Assembly (NCBI GenBank): GCA_963755715.1 | Contig: CAVWLW010000059.1 | Location: 192,001-256,000, forward strand | Direction: 5' to 3' | From: an uncultured delta proteobacterium | GTDB lineage: Bacteria; Desulfobacterota; Binatia; UBA9968 | DNA length: 64,000 bases | Position numbers and translations under genes: made by a program | In this document: positions 40,552 through 50,285 of the stretch, in pieces | How positions within the stretch are numbered: position 1 is the stretch's first letter | Layout: each line of letters opens with the position of its first letter | Notes under the pieces: model-generated | Databases searched by the model: none | Told to the model about the DNA's origin: nothing | Seen by the model: only the letters and a program-made list of their open reading frames with translations

Positions 40552-40917
40552 CTAGGACTTCCAGCCATGCACTGTCACATCAACCATCTGCCCTGCGGGA
40601 TCGTGCACGCCCATTTCGGCGAAGCGGCCATCGCGCGGTTTCGTATCCGCCTGGCTTTTCGCCCCGGCGACTTGCGCGGTTTGGAGCGTCTCTTCCATGT
40701 TCTCCACTTGAAAACCGAAATGGTCGATCCCTTCACGCCCGCCGCGTGCCGGCAGGACCGCCATGTTGATGTAGCCGTCCGTGAGATAGATCGCGCGATT
40801 GCCGTCATCGCGTACCGGGCCGCGCCATGCTTCGGTCATGCCGAAAGTCTTTTTATAAAACTCCGCGGTTTTTTCCTGATCTTCCACCTTGATCGCGATA
40901 TGCCTGATCTTTGCCAT
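40552..40917 (-). CDS. VOC/glyoxalase family protein
   Basis: IRHIAI, YLTDGYIN, GIDHFGF, DPAG. Confidence 0.85.
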   Translation of the reverse strand: MAKIRHIAIKVEDQEKTAEFYKKTFGMTEAWRGPVRDDGNRAIYLTDGYINMAVLPARGGREGIDHFGFQVENMEETLQTAQVAGAKSQADTKPRDGRFAEMGVHDPAGQMVDVTVHGWKS

Positions 40918-40933
40918 GACTCATTCCTCCTTT

Positions 40934-41920
40934 TTATTTATACAGTTTGTCGATAAAGCCGCTCTTTTTGATCTCGTCGAGAATGCTGTTGTTGATATAC
41001 CCAGCCGGCAGTTGCTGACTGGCCGTGCCCATCATTTCCATCTCCGCGCGCAGCGCGTCTTCGTCGGGATAAGGCACCTGCTTGATAATCGGCCGCAGGT
41101 CGTCGCACCACATCGTAATATCTTCCTCGCTCACGCCGCGCATGTATTTTTGCAGGATGCGCGCTGTGCCGGCCTTGTTCGTCTGGAAGTAATGCACCGT
41201 TTCGAGGTAAGCCCGCATGAAGCGCATCACCGCGCCGCGGTCGGCTTTGAGTTTGCGCTCGGTGGTCGTGATCGGCGCGTCGACGCCGCGAAAGCCCATT
41301 TCGCGCGCGCTCGCGCCCTTCAACGGCTTGGCCCTGCCGCGAAATACCAGCAACATGCCGGAGTCGCCAAGCACGCCAACTTCGATCCGTCCTGATTCCA
41401 AGCCCTGGGCGACACCGGGCGTGCCGCCCATTTGTAAGATCGTCACTTCGGATTCTTTGATGCCGCTCTTGCGCAACGCACCGCGTAAGAAAGTATCGCC
41501 ACCAGAGCCGTATTGAGTCACGCCGACCACCTTGCCTTTGAGATCCTTAAAATTGTTCAAGGTGGAATCAGGTCGAACAAAGACGCGCTGGGCTGAGGAA
41601 TTGGCGAGAGTCGAAAGAACGACCACGTCCGCGCCCTGGGCGCGCGCTCGGAGCGACGCCGGCGCGCCGGCGGCGACGTAATCCAGATCGCCGGCGAGCA
41701 GCGCTTGGATCGTCCGCGGCGTGCCGGGAATCAGCAGCACCTCGGCCGTGAAGCCATACTTCGCCAGCATGCCTGAATCCTTCGCCAGCAGCATCATGCT
41801 CTGCGCCGGATTGACGGCGACATGGGCGAGCATCAGTTTCTGCGCGAACGCTGGGAAGGCGAATGTGCCGCTACCAGAATACAAAGTATGATGCGCCGCA
41901 AATGTTGCACGACCCTCCAT
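40934..41920 (-). CDS. ABC substrate-binding protein, SsuA/NMT1-like
   Basis: AKDSG..AKYG, DLKGKVVGVTQYGS, SGFIDKLYK; N-terminus possibly mis-framed. Confidence 0.85.
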   Translation of the reverse strand: MEGRATFAAHHTLYSGSGTFAFPAFAQKLMLAHVAVNPAQSMMLLAKDSGMLAKYGFTAEVLLIPGTPRTIQALLAGDLDYVAAGAPASLRARAQGADVVVLSTLANSSAQRVFVRPDSTLNNFKDLKGKVVGVTQYGSGGDTFLRGALRKSGIKESEVTILQMGGTPGVAQGLESGRIEVGVLGDSGMLLVFRGRAKPLKGASAREMGFRGVDAPITTTERKLKADRGAVMRFMRAYLETVHYFQTNKAGTARILQKYMRGVSEEDITMWCDDLRPIIKQVPYPDEDALRAEMEMMGTASQQLPAGYINNSILDEIKKSGFIDKLYK

Positions 41921-42038
41921 TTACTTCTCCGACCGTTTTCTGTCAACTAGACCGCTTCTTAAGCCGCTCCGCGCTTGACCCAAGGGGCATACCTGTCATA
42001 CGAAGTATCTGCCGTTATATTTAAAAGGAGGAATTTTT

Positions 42039-42509
42039 ATGTCTCTACACTGCAAGAGCACAGACGTTCCGGAATACAACCGAACTCAGACCGGCGAGGC
42101 CGGCACCGGTCAGATGGTTGTCCGCAAAGGCTATGGCAACGAATGCAGCCTGATGATCGCGACCAGAAGACCGGGCTATCATACCAAGCCGCATCAGCAC
42201 GAGTCGGAACAGATCAATTACGTTCTCGAAGGCGAGATTTGGTTTTTTGTCAAAGACAAAGGTTATCTCTGCAAGAAAGGCGACTTTCATCGTATCCCCG
42301 CCAACACGGTGCATTGGGCGTTTAACCGGTCCGACCAAGACGCCACCGTTGCCGAAGCGCATGCACCGGGACTGATCGGCGGGCGCGCGGGAGATAGCGC
42401 CGCCGCTCTATTTGACGAAGGCGAGAAACCGGAGATACGCGGCCCCGGAACAAATCAGTTCGTGCCTTACGATCAAGAAAAGGCCGAGGCTGCATACTTC
42501 AGCAAGTGA
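42039..42509 (+). CDS. cupin domain protein
   Basis: HQHESEQINYVLEG and IPANTVH motifs. Confidence 0.85.
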   Translation: MSLHCKSTDVPEYNRTQTGEAGTGQMVVRKGYGNECSLMIATRRPGYHTKPHQHESEQINYVLEGEIWFFVKDKGYLCKKGDFHRIPANTVHWAFNRSDQDATVAEAHAPGLIGGRAGDSAAALFDEGEKPEIRGPGTNQFVPYDQEKAEAAYFSK

Positions 42510-42513
42510 AAGC

Positions 42514-43494
42514 ATGGCGAAGTTTTCAGTCTCGCGATGGTCACTATATGTCCTATTCGTCGTATGGGTCCAATATTCTTCCGCCGCCGCACAGGAACTC
42601 CGCCGCATTCACTACGGCACGACGACATCGACCGCGCACCTGCCGATCTGGGTCGCTAAGGACGCCGGCCTGTTCGTCAAGAATGGTTTGAACGTAGAGC
42701 CGATCCAGATTCGCGGCGGCGCGCTGATCACGATGGGCATCATGAGCGGGCAGCTGCAATTTTCCGGGGCGGGGGCGGAATCGGCCGTGGCCGCTCGGGT
42801 CGAGGGAGGCGATATTGTTTTGCTCGCCTGCCCGGTTGATTCGGATCCCGTATATTTAATTGCGCGGCCGGAAATTAAGTCGCCAGCCGAGCTCAAAGGC
42901 AAAGCGACGGCGGTGACGCGTCTGGGATCGACGACGCATTTTTATTTGCGCGCCGCGCTGCGCCAGGTCGGCCTGGATCCGGAAAAGGACGTGACGATTC
43001 TCCAGCTCGGCACCGGCACGGAAGCCGTTTCGGCGATGGAGAGCGGGCGCATTTCGATGGCGGCGCTGACGAATCGCTACGCGATTCCGCTGCTGCAACG
43101 CGGCTGGCCGATGTTTGTCGACTTGAGCACCACCGATTTGATCTATCCTTCGTCTTGCGTCGCCAGCAGCCGCGCTTTTGTCAAAGCCGAACCGAAAGTC
43201 GTCGACGATTTTTTGCGCGCCTATGTCGCGGCCATCCAACTGATTAAGAAAGACCAAAATTTCGCCGAGAAAACGTTCGCCAAATGGCTGAGAGAAAAAG
43301 ATCCCTACTTGATCAAGAAAACCGTCGAATCTTATGCCAAGTTATTTAAGCCAACCCCTTACGTGCCGGACAAGGGCATCGAAACCGTCATGAAAGATCT
43401 GGCCAATCGACGGCCCGTGTCGAAAGAATTCATCGGCCGCCCGGAACTCTTTCGCGACAACAATCCATTGGAGAAAGCACTATCGAAATCATGA
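42514..43494 (+). CDS. ABC substrate-binding protein, SsuA/NMT1-like (tandem copy 1)
   Basis: HLPIWVAKDAG, GDIVLLACP, YPSSCV. Confidence 0.88.
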   Translation: MAKFSVSRWSLYVLFVVWVQYSSAAAQELRRIHYGTTTSTAHLPIWVAKDAGLFVKNGLNVEPIQIRGGALITMGIMSGQLQFSGAGAESAVAARVEGGDIVLLACPVDSDPVYLIARPEIKSPAELKGKATAVTRLGSTTHFYLRAALRQVGLDPEKDVTILQLGTGTEAVSAMESGRISMAALTNRYAIPLLQRGWPMFVDLSTTDLIYPSSCVASSRAFVKAEPKVVDDFLRAYVAAIQLIKKDQNFAEKTFAKWLREKDPYLIKKTVESYAKLFKPTPYVPDKGIETVMKDLANRRPVSKEFIGRPELFRDNNPLEKALSKS

Positions 43495-44459
43495 ACATCG
43501 CTCGAATATTTTTTATGGTCGTCGCGCTGCTGCTCAGTCATAGGACAGCGCAAGCCCAGGAATTACGCCGCATCCTTTACGGTGTCTCGACTTCCATCTC
43601 ACATCTCCCGGTGTGGGTCGGCAAGGACGCAGGCCTCTTCGCCAAGAACGGCTTGAACATCGAGCCGGTGCAGATCCGCGGCGGCGCGGTCAGCACTATG
43701 GCGATCATGAGCGGTCAGTCCGTGCTTTCCGGAGTCGGCGCGGGATCGGTGGTCGCCGCCCGCGTCGAAGGCGGTGACATCGTGTTGCTCGCGTGCCCTG
43801 CCGACCTGGAGCCGGTGTATCTCATCGCGCGCCCGGAAATTAAGTCTGCAGCGGAGCTCAAAGGCAAAGCGGCCGGAGTCACTCGGCTCAACTCGTCGAT
43901 CCATTTTTATCTCCGCTCGGCATTGAGAATGGTCGGCGTGGATTCGGATAAAGAGATGACGCTCCTTCAGTTAGGTGGCAGCGCCGAAATCACCACGGCC
44001 CTCGAGGGCGGAAGAATCGCTGCGGCCGCGTTGACCATAAAGGATGTCCTGCCGTTCATGCAGCGCAACTGGCCGGTGCTCGCCGATTTGACCAAATCGG
44101 ATCTGGTCTATCCTTCATCCTGCGTGACCAGCACCCGGGCATTCGTCAAAGCCGACCCCAAAACCGTCAACTCCTTCTTGAACGCCTATGTGAGCGCCAT
44201 CCAGCTGATCAAGAAAGATCAAAAACTGGCGGAGCGCACGTTGATCAAATGGTTAAAGGAAAAAGAATCGGCGAATTTGAGCAAGTCCGTGGAAGCTTTT
44301 GTCCGTCTCTTTAAGCCCGTGCCCTACGCGCCGGACAAGGGCATCGAGAACATCCTTAAAGATTTGGCGCTTCAGCGCCCGGTGCCGAAGGAATTTTTCG
44401 CCCACCCGGAGCTGTTTCGCGACAACGGTCCATTGGAGAGAGCACTGCCGAAGTCATGA
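43491..44459 (+). CDS. ABC substrate-binding protein, SsuA/NMT1-like (tandem copy 2)
   Basis: Same motifs; ATGA overlaps on both sides. Confidence 0.88.
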   Translation: MNIARIFFMVVALLLSHRTAQAQELRRILYGVSTSISHLPVWVGKDAGLFAKNGLNIEPVQIRGGAVSTMAIMSGQSVLSGVGAGSVVAARVEGGDIVLLACPADLEPVYLIARPEIKSAAELKGKAAGVTRLNSSIHFYLRSALRMVGVDSDKEMTLLQLGGSAEITTALEGGRIAAAALTIKDVLPFMQRNWPVLADLTKSDLVYPSSCVTSTRAFVKADPKTVNSFLNAYVSAIQLIKKDQKLAERTLIKWLKEKESANLSKSVEAFVRLFKPVPYAPDKGIENILKDLALQRPVPKEFFAHPELFRDNGPLERALPKS

Positions 44460-45431
44460 AATCGGCGCTCTTATTGTTCGTCATCATCGTCTTTTCACCG
44501 CTGGTCAATCCAAATTTTGCTCGCACCGAAGAGTTGCGCCGCATTCTTTACGGCACCACCGCATCGCCTTCGCACTTGCCGATCTGGGTCGCCAAGGATG
44601 CCGGCTTCTTTGAGAAAGCCGGGCTTAACGTCGAGCCGGTGCAAGTTCGCGGCGGCTCTTTAATCACGCTGGCGATCATCACCGGTGATTTGCCGTTCTC
44701 CGGCGCCGGCGCCGAGTCCGTCGTCGCTGCCCGGGCGGCGGGCGGTGACGTGGTTTTGTTGGCATGCCCGGTCGACGCCGACCCGGTCTATTTGATCACG
44801 CGACCGGAAATAAAATCGGCGCAAGATTTAAAAGGCCAGGCTAGCGCCGTTACGCGCTACGGCTCGACGACACACTTTTATTTGCGCGCCGCGCTCAAGC
44901 ACGTCGGCTTGAACCCGGAAAGAGACATGACGATTCTCCAGCTTGGTGCAGGACCGGAGATGGTCGTGGCGCTCGACCGCGGCGCCATCGCTGCCGCCGC
45001 GCTCACCACGCGCTATGCTATTCCATTCTTACAGCGCGGCTGGCCGGTGCTCGTCGATCTCAGCACCACCGATCTCGTCTACCCGTCGTCGTGCGTCACC
45101 AGCAGCCGGGCATTTCATCAAAGCCGAGCCCAAAACTACGCACGAATTCTTGCGCGCCTACGTGGCGGGAATTCATTTGATCAAAAAAGATCTTCGCTTC
45201 GCCGAAAAATCATTCACCAAATGGATGCGCGAAAAAGACGCCGCGATCACCAAAAAAACCGTCGAGGCTTATGCGCGCTTGTTCAAGGCCGCGCCTTACG
45301 TGCCTGACAAAGGGATCGAGAATGTGATTCAGGATTTGATCAAAGCCCGCCCCGATTTCAAAGAATACCTCGGCTGGCCCGAGCCGTTCCGAGAAAATGG
45401 ACCCTTGGAGAAGGTGTTGCGAGACAAATGA
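44456..45431 (+). CDS. ABC substrate-binding protein, SsuA/NMT1-like (tandem copy 3); frameshift near 45118
   Basis: Paralogous to copies 1-2; C-terminus in ORF 44943-45431. Confidence 0.85.
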
Positions 45432-45434
45432 AAA

Positions 45435-45492
45435 GGAATGGAGTACTGGAATGATGGAGTGATGGGACGGAAACCAACACTCCAGTACTCCA
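45435..45492. repeat. inverted 8-mer tandem repeat hairpin
   Basis: TGGAGTAC TGGAATGA TGGAGTGA ... TCCAGTACTCCA; 12-bp perfect inverted match. Confidence 0.7.
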
Positions 45493-45505
45493 AACCCCTT
45501 CCGGC

Positions 45506-45877
45506 CTATTGCTTCCACTCCAAAAACTCCAGCCGGACCCCTTCGGGTCCTTCAAAAAAACAAACCCTCCGACCGTCGGGGAGCACGCGCTCTTCGAGAA
45601 TCTTCAAACCGGCGGATTTAATCTTCGTGACTTCACCATCGAAATTGTTGGTGTCGATGGCAACGTGCTCCAGCCCGTAAAACTGACTCAATTTCTGCTC
45701 CGTGAGAAATTCTGTCACGTTAAGCTCCACGCCGTGCAAATCGAGTCGGAAGTTTTTGCTGCCATCGGGCCTGGTGTTCTCCTTGAGAACTTTCGCGCCG
45801 GTGTATTCGACATAAAAATCGGCGGTCTTTTTTGGATCCGGCGTTTTCAAATGAAGATGATTAATTCTAAAAGCCAT
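45506..45877 (-). CDS. VOC/glyoxalase family protein
   Basis: INHLHL, GLEHVA, GPEGVRLE; GGAGG RBS before ATG45877. Confidence 0.85.
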   Translation of the reverse strand: MAFRINHLHLKTPDPKKTADFYVEYTGAKVLKENTRPDGSKNFRLDLHGVELNVTEFLTEQKLSQFYGLEHVAIDTNNFDGEVTKIKSAGLKILEERVLPDGRRVCFFEGPEGVRLEFLEWKQ

Positions 45878-45966
45878 TGATCGGTCCTCCCATTGTTTGA
45901 AATAGTCTTGCCGCTTCTTTACTCTTGTGGCTGAGCAAATTGCAATCAACACAAATACAACGGTGG

Positions 45967-46542
45967 TTACTTTGACCTCCTAGCTTGGCTGCGCAAACGG
46001 TAAAGTTTCTCGGTGAAACCGCCTTCTTTAAGAAACTGCTGCTCCAGTTGGCGGAGCAGTTGGTCGAGGAGATAATTGGTCTGGTGAATGAGGCAGATTG
46101 TAGTGTTGGCCGCGACTTCGGGCGAAGACCCTTCAATATAAGACCTATAGGTCGTATAGGACCTATTTTCGGAGTAAGCGAGCCGCCTAACCTGTTGAGC
46201 CGTCGGGTGGTTCTTTTCCCAGAGGACCAAGCCTTTTTGTCTCAAAAAGTCTTGGTAGTCCAGCAGCAACTCTTCCAGACTCGCCCGCGCCACGCCCACT
46301 AACTTTAGCTCTGTCTTCTTCGAAGTCCCCGACGCCATGCTGCCTTCCGCGATGTTTTGCTTCCCGCTGCGGGCGGCTTGAACCATTTGGTCGTGAGTTC
46401 GCGATCGGAGGTCAATAAACTTGTTGCAGAACTTTACCGTAGCGTCATAGACGATCTCAGCGTTCTGATAGGATTTCAGCCCTCGATACCCGCCGTGCGG
46501 AGGGATAAGATTAGAGCTCGATTTGTCATTTGAGATTACCAC
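45967..46542 (-). CDS. four-helix-bundle (23S rRNA IVP/bAvd-like) protein with suffix domain
   Basis: HGGY..L.SY, DQMVQAARSGKQNIAEG, VARASLEELL.DY, F..EGGF.E. Confidence 0.88.
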   Translation of the reverse strand: MVISNDKSSSNLIPPHGGYRGLKSYQNAEIVYDATVKFCNKFIDLRSRTHDQMVQAARSGKQNIAEGSMASGTSKKTELKLVGVARASLEELLLDYQDFLRQKGLVLWEKNHPTAQQVRRLAYSENRSYTTYRSYIEGSSPEVAANTTICLIHQTNYLLDQLLRQLEQQFLKEGGFTEKLYRLRSQARRSK

Positions 46543-47329
46543 CTAAGGCCTTCCAAACTCCTTCAAAACTACCCGCGCAATATTTTGACCGCGTACTTTG
46601 ACTAGCTGTTTTCCCGTCTCCGCCGTCGCTGCCTGAGGCGAGCCGAAATAGCCGCGGCCGTCGCTGATGCTTCCGTAATCTTTCGTTTCGTTGCGGAAGG
46701 CTTCAACATCGTAGTCAAAATTCGGATCGAGCGTCTTGAGCGCTTCATGGTTCACCAAGATCCGGAAAGCTATGCAGCGCCACCGACGTTTCCGACTCGC
46801 CGCCATGACCTTCACGGTCGGGCTGCGGACTTTTGTAGAATTGTCTCACCCCTTCGCGATAGCATGCCGCCGTCATTTGCGGATCGCTGGCAAAACCGAC
46901 GCACAGGACCTGCGCAGTATTCTCTTCGACAAGAATCTTCCGTGCATCTTCCAACGCTTTCATATGATGCAGGTCGCGATGGCCGTTGAGAATGACGAGG
47001 CGATTCAAGCCGTGGCGCGCGAGCGAGCGGCCAATTTCGACGACCATCGACCGCAGGGTATCCGGCTCCAACGATAGCGTGCCAGGAAAATCGATCGCCG
47101 TCCGCGCCACGCCGTAGCTAATCGTCGGTGCCACGACGACCTCGTATCCCTGTGCTTCGAGATGGGGAGTCGCCGCCGCCGAGTAAACCTCGGCGGCAAA
47201 GGAATCAAGCCCCAGCGGGAGATGCGCGCCATGTTCCTCGACTACACCGACCGGCAGGATCGTTAACGCTTTGCCTGACCGCGCGAGCCGGGCAACATCC
47301 GTGAAAGCAATCTTCGCAAGCTCAAACAT
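46543..47329 (-). CDS. creatininase family protein; frameshift near 46755
   Basis: LPVG..EEHGAHLPL..D, FPGT, LNGH, HGG..ETS, G..G.P..AT.E.G. Confidence 0.85.
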
Positions 47330-47355
47330 GCGCACCTCGTATAGCTGCTGGCGTG

Positions 47356-47413
47356 ATGAGTATTGGAGTGGGTGGAGTGATACGATCTCCAGACACCCAG
47401 TACTCCACACTCC
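47356..47413. repeat. inverted 8-mer tandem repeat hairpin (same family as 45435)
   Basis: GAGTAT TGGAGTGGG TGGAGTGA ... CCAGTACTCCACACTCC. Confidence 0.6.
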
Positions 47414-47425
47414 GACTTGCGTTTC

Positions 47426-48436
47426 CTACCGGAACATTTCTCTGAACTTCCGGCTCCAACTTTCCAATTCTTCGTTACTCGGTAGTCTCATCACGACGAT
47501 CTGATCATCTTTGACGTCTTTCTTGAATTTATGATCGACCTCGGGATGAAAGACATACTCGCCCAAGTCGCCGAAGATGCGCTGCGATTCGGCGCCAAGA
47601 AAAAAATCGGTGAAGAGCTTGGCGGCGTTGGGATGGGGCGCTTGACGGTTGATCGCAACGAAGCTCACGGACGCGAGATACTTGTTCATCCGTACATAGT
47701 CGATCGGACCCGGATACTGGAACTTATCCTTTATGTAGCTGATCGCCACAGGCGCTTCCCCGGTAGTCAACGGCTGGATCAAGTCCGACAGCCCTTTGCC
47801 TAGCCGCGGTTCTTGTTTTGCCCATCCTTCTACGACTTTGAGCCATTGCGGACCGAGAAGCTTTTCCAAGCTGAGCACGAATTGAAGCGTCGTCACATGG
47901 ATGCCCGGATTGGCCAAGGCGAATTTTTGCTTCCACTTCGGCAATAGTAATTCCTCGAACGTCTTCGGCGCCTCGTCGCCTTTGAGCAACTGGTTATTGT
48001 AATTGATGCCATAGGGCAGGACTCGCCACGGCGTCATGCGCAGATCCGGGTCGCGAAACTGCTTTGGGTAACTCTTTGCGGCGGGCGGATCGAAGACGCC
48101 AAGAAGTTTTCTCTCGTCGAGAGCGGTCATGACCACTTCATTTCCCAAGGTCACGTCGAAAGCCGGCTTCCCCGCCCGCGCTTCCGCGAGCGAACGGTTG
48201 ATCAATTCCGTCGCATCGCCGCGCCAATGTTTGAGCTTGATGCCGTATTTTTTCTCGAGAGCGTCGCCGATCGCCTTCGATGAGTTAATGGTGATGGCGC
48301 CGTAAAACATCACCTCGCCTTCCTTCTTCGCCGCTTCGATTATTTCCGGCGTGATTTGCGCCGACAAGAATCTCGGCGCCATCATCCAACCGATCGCCAG
48401 CATCATCACTATCGATCTAAAAACTCTTTCGAACAT
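47426..48436 (-). CDS. ABC extracellular solute-binding protein, Fe3+/AfuA-like
   Basis: AAKKEGEV, PKTFEELL.PKWK, APHPNAAKLF. Confidence 0.9.
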   Translation of the reverse strand: MFERVFRSIVMMLAIGWMMAPRFLSAQITPEIIEAAKKEGEVMFYGAITINSSKAIGDALEKKYGIKLKHWRGDATELINRSLAEARAGKPAFDVTLGNEVVMTALDERKLLGVFDPPAAKSYPKQFRDPDLRMTPWRVLPYGINYNNQLLKGDEAPKTFEELLLPKWKQKFALANPGIHVTTLQFVLSLEKLLGPQWLKVVEGWAKQEPRLGKGLSDLIQPLTTGEAPVAISYIKDKFQYPGPIDYVRMNKYLASVSFVAINRQAPHPNAAKLFTDFFLGAESQRIFGDLGEYVFHPEVDHKFKKDVKDDQIVVMRLPSNEELESWSRKFREMFR

Positions 48437-48581
48437 CTCTTCCCCCTTGAATCGTGCGCTTTTTCTATCGCCGATGAAAAGCGGCGTCAATGCGCCACGG
48501 CGATCGGCTTGACTCCACGTAAGAACTAGTTCAACTCATGAGTGACACTCATCTCACGCGCACGCAACGGAGCGAGCCGTC

Positions 48582-50123
48582 TTGACCCCACTTCCGGAAA
48601 CACCATCGCCGACGACATCGAAGCGCAACCTCGCCGCCTTCGGCGTGATGCTCGTGATCTTCTTGTTCGCCGTCGATGCGACGATCGTCAGCACCGCCAT
48701 GCCGACCATCGTCGCCAATCTTGGCGGGCTGGAGCTCTACAGCTGGGTGTTTTCCATTTACATGCTCACGTCGGCGCTGACCACGCCGTTGTTCGGCAAA
48801 CTTTCCGATCTCTATAGCCAGCGCCGGCTCATGCTCATCGGTATCGCCATCTTCGTTTTCGGCTCGACCTTGTGCGGCCTGGCGCCAAGCATGGAAGCGC
48901 TGGTGCTCTTTCGCGCGATTCAAGGCCTCGGCGGCGGCGCTATCTATGCGCTGTCATTTATTGTCGTCGGCATTCTCTATTCGCCGGCGCAGCGCGCGAA
49001 AATGCAGAGCCTCATCAGCGGTGTCTGGGGCGTGGCCTCGATTCTCGGTCCGCTCGCCGGTGGCATCATCGTCGAATTCTGGAGCTGGCATTGGGCATTT
49101 TTCGTCAACTTACCGATCACTGCGGTCGCAATTGCGCTAATCGTCGTCGGTCTCAAAGAAACCGGCCAAGAGCGCCACGGGCACAAACTCGACATGGCAG
49201 GCACAGTGACTTTGATGTTGGCGCTGATGGTATTGTTTTACGCGCTTTCCCGCGCCAGCCATTCGCACCGGACCCTCGATCTCGAGCTAACCACTATGAT
49301 CGTCGCCGGCTTCGGCTTGTTGGCGGTTTTCTATTTTATCGAGCGCCGCGCCGCCGAACCGATCGTGCCGCTCGATTTATTTCGCTTAAAACTCTTCAGA
49401 ACCTCCGCTGTCGTGGCCGCACTGGCATCCATGGGAGTCTTCGGCGCCGTCAGTTATCTGCCACTCTATCTTCAGGGCGTCATCGGGTTGACGGCGTCGC
49501 GCGCCGGCATGGTGCTTTTATTCGTCAGCGTAGCTTGGACCGCAGGCAGCCTGATCGCCGGGCAGGTGTTGAACCGCTTCGGCTATCGCGCGGTCGCCAT
49601 TGCCGCAATGTTTCTTTTGTCGATCGGCTACAGCCTGTTCGTGCTTTTCCATAACGATCTTAACATCCTCTTCGTGGCGCTTAGCGGCACTCTGATCGGC
49701 ACCGGTATGGGCATGGCGAATTTGACGACGTTAGTTGCCGTGCAAAACTCCGTGCCGCGCCAACAGATCGGCGTAGCGACTTCGACGCTTATGCTGTTTC
49801 GAACTTTCGGCGGCGCTTTCGCCGTGAGCTTGATGGGCACCGTGATGCTGCATCAAATGCAGCGTGGTTTGAGCCAACTCTCCGCCGGCAATCTTTCCGC
49901 CGCACTGCTTGACAAGCTCGCCCATCCGCAAAATCTCCTCGAACCTGCAACCCGCGCGCAAATTCCCGCCGAACTCCTGCCGCGCATGATCGCCATTCTC
50001 GGCGACGCGATCTGGTACGCGTTCTTGGTCGGATTCGCGCTGATGATGCTCGGTGCTCTCATGAGCTTCTTCATGTCGACCAGCACGCCGCGGGACACGG
50101 CAACGCCGCGTAGTGCTGAGTAA
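48582..50123 (+). CDS. MFS DHA2 (EmrB/QacA) efflux transporter
   Basis: D.TIVSTAMPTI, GKLSDLY, RAIQGLGGG, GPL.GG; 14 TM. Confidence 0.92.
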   Translation: MTPLPETPSPTTSKRNLAAFGVMLVIFLFAVDATIVSTAMPTIVANLGGLELYSWVFSIYMLTSALTTPLFGKLSDLYSQRRLMLIGIAIFVFGSTLCGLAPSMEALVLFRAIQGLGGGAIYALSFIVVGILYSPAQRAKMQSLISGVWGVASILGPLAGGIIVEFWSWHWAFFVNLPITAVAIALIVVGLKETGQERHGHKLDMAGTVTLMLALMVLFYALSRASHSHRTLDLELTTMIVAGFGLLAVFYFIERRAAEPIVPLDLFRLKLFRTSAVVAALASMGVFGAVSYLPLYLQGVIGLTASRAGMVLLFVSVAWTAGSLIAGQVLNRFGYRAVAIAAMFLLSIGYSLFVLFHNDLNILFVALSGTLIGTGMGMANLTTLVAVQNSVPRQQIGVATSTLMLFRTFGGAFAVSLMGTVMLHQMQRGLSQLSAGNLSAALLDKLAHPQNLLEPATRAQIPAELLPRMIAILGDAIWYAFLVGFALMMLGALMSFFMSTSTPRDTATPRSAE

Positions 50124-50198
50124 TGAGTGCTGAGTGCTGAGTATAGGAAGCCGAGCCCCGCGTTGCACTCAGGACTCAGGACTCGCTACTCAGGACTC
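50112..50198. repeat. inverted heptamer tandem repeats
   Basis: (AGTGCTG)n facing (CAGGACT)n, overlapping the MFS stop codon. Confidence 0.75.
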
Positions 50199-50285
50199 TA
50201 GTTGCCGTTGACAGATCGGACCGCCACCCTGTACACCAGACCCCAGGCGTCGTACGCCAAAACTTCAACGAGGAAGTAGATCAGT

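Noticed and set aside
45967-46542. Diversity-generating retroelement
   Set aside because: Avd-like fold only; no reverse transcriptase or TR/VR pair seen
46543-47329. Mycofactocin MftE assignment
   Set aside because: No mftABC neighbours; only a family-level creatininase call is supported
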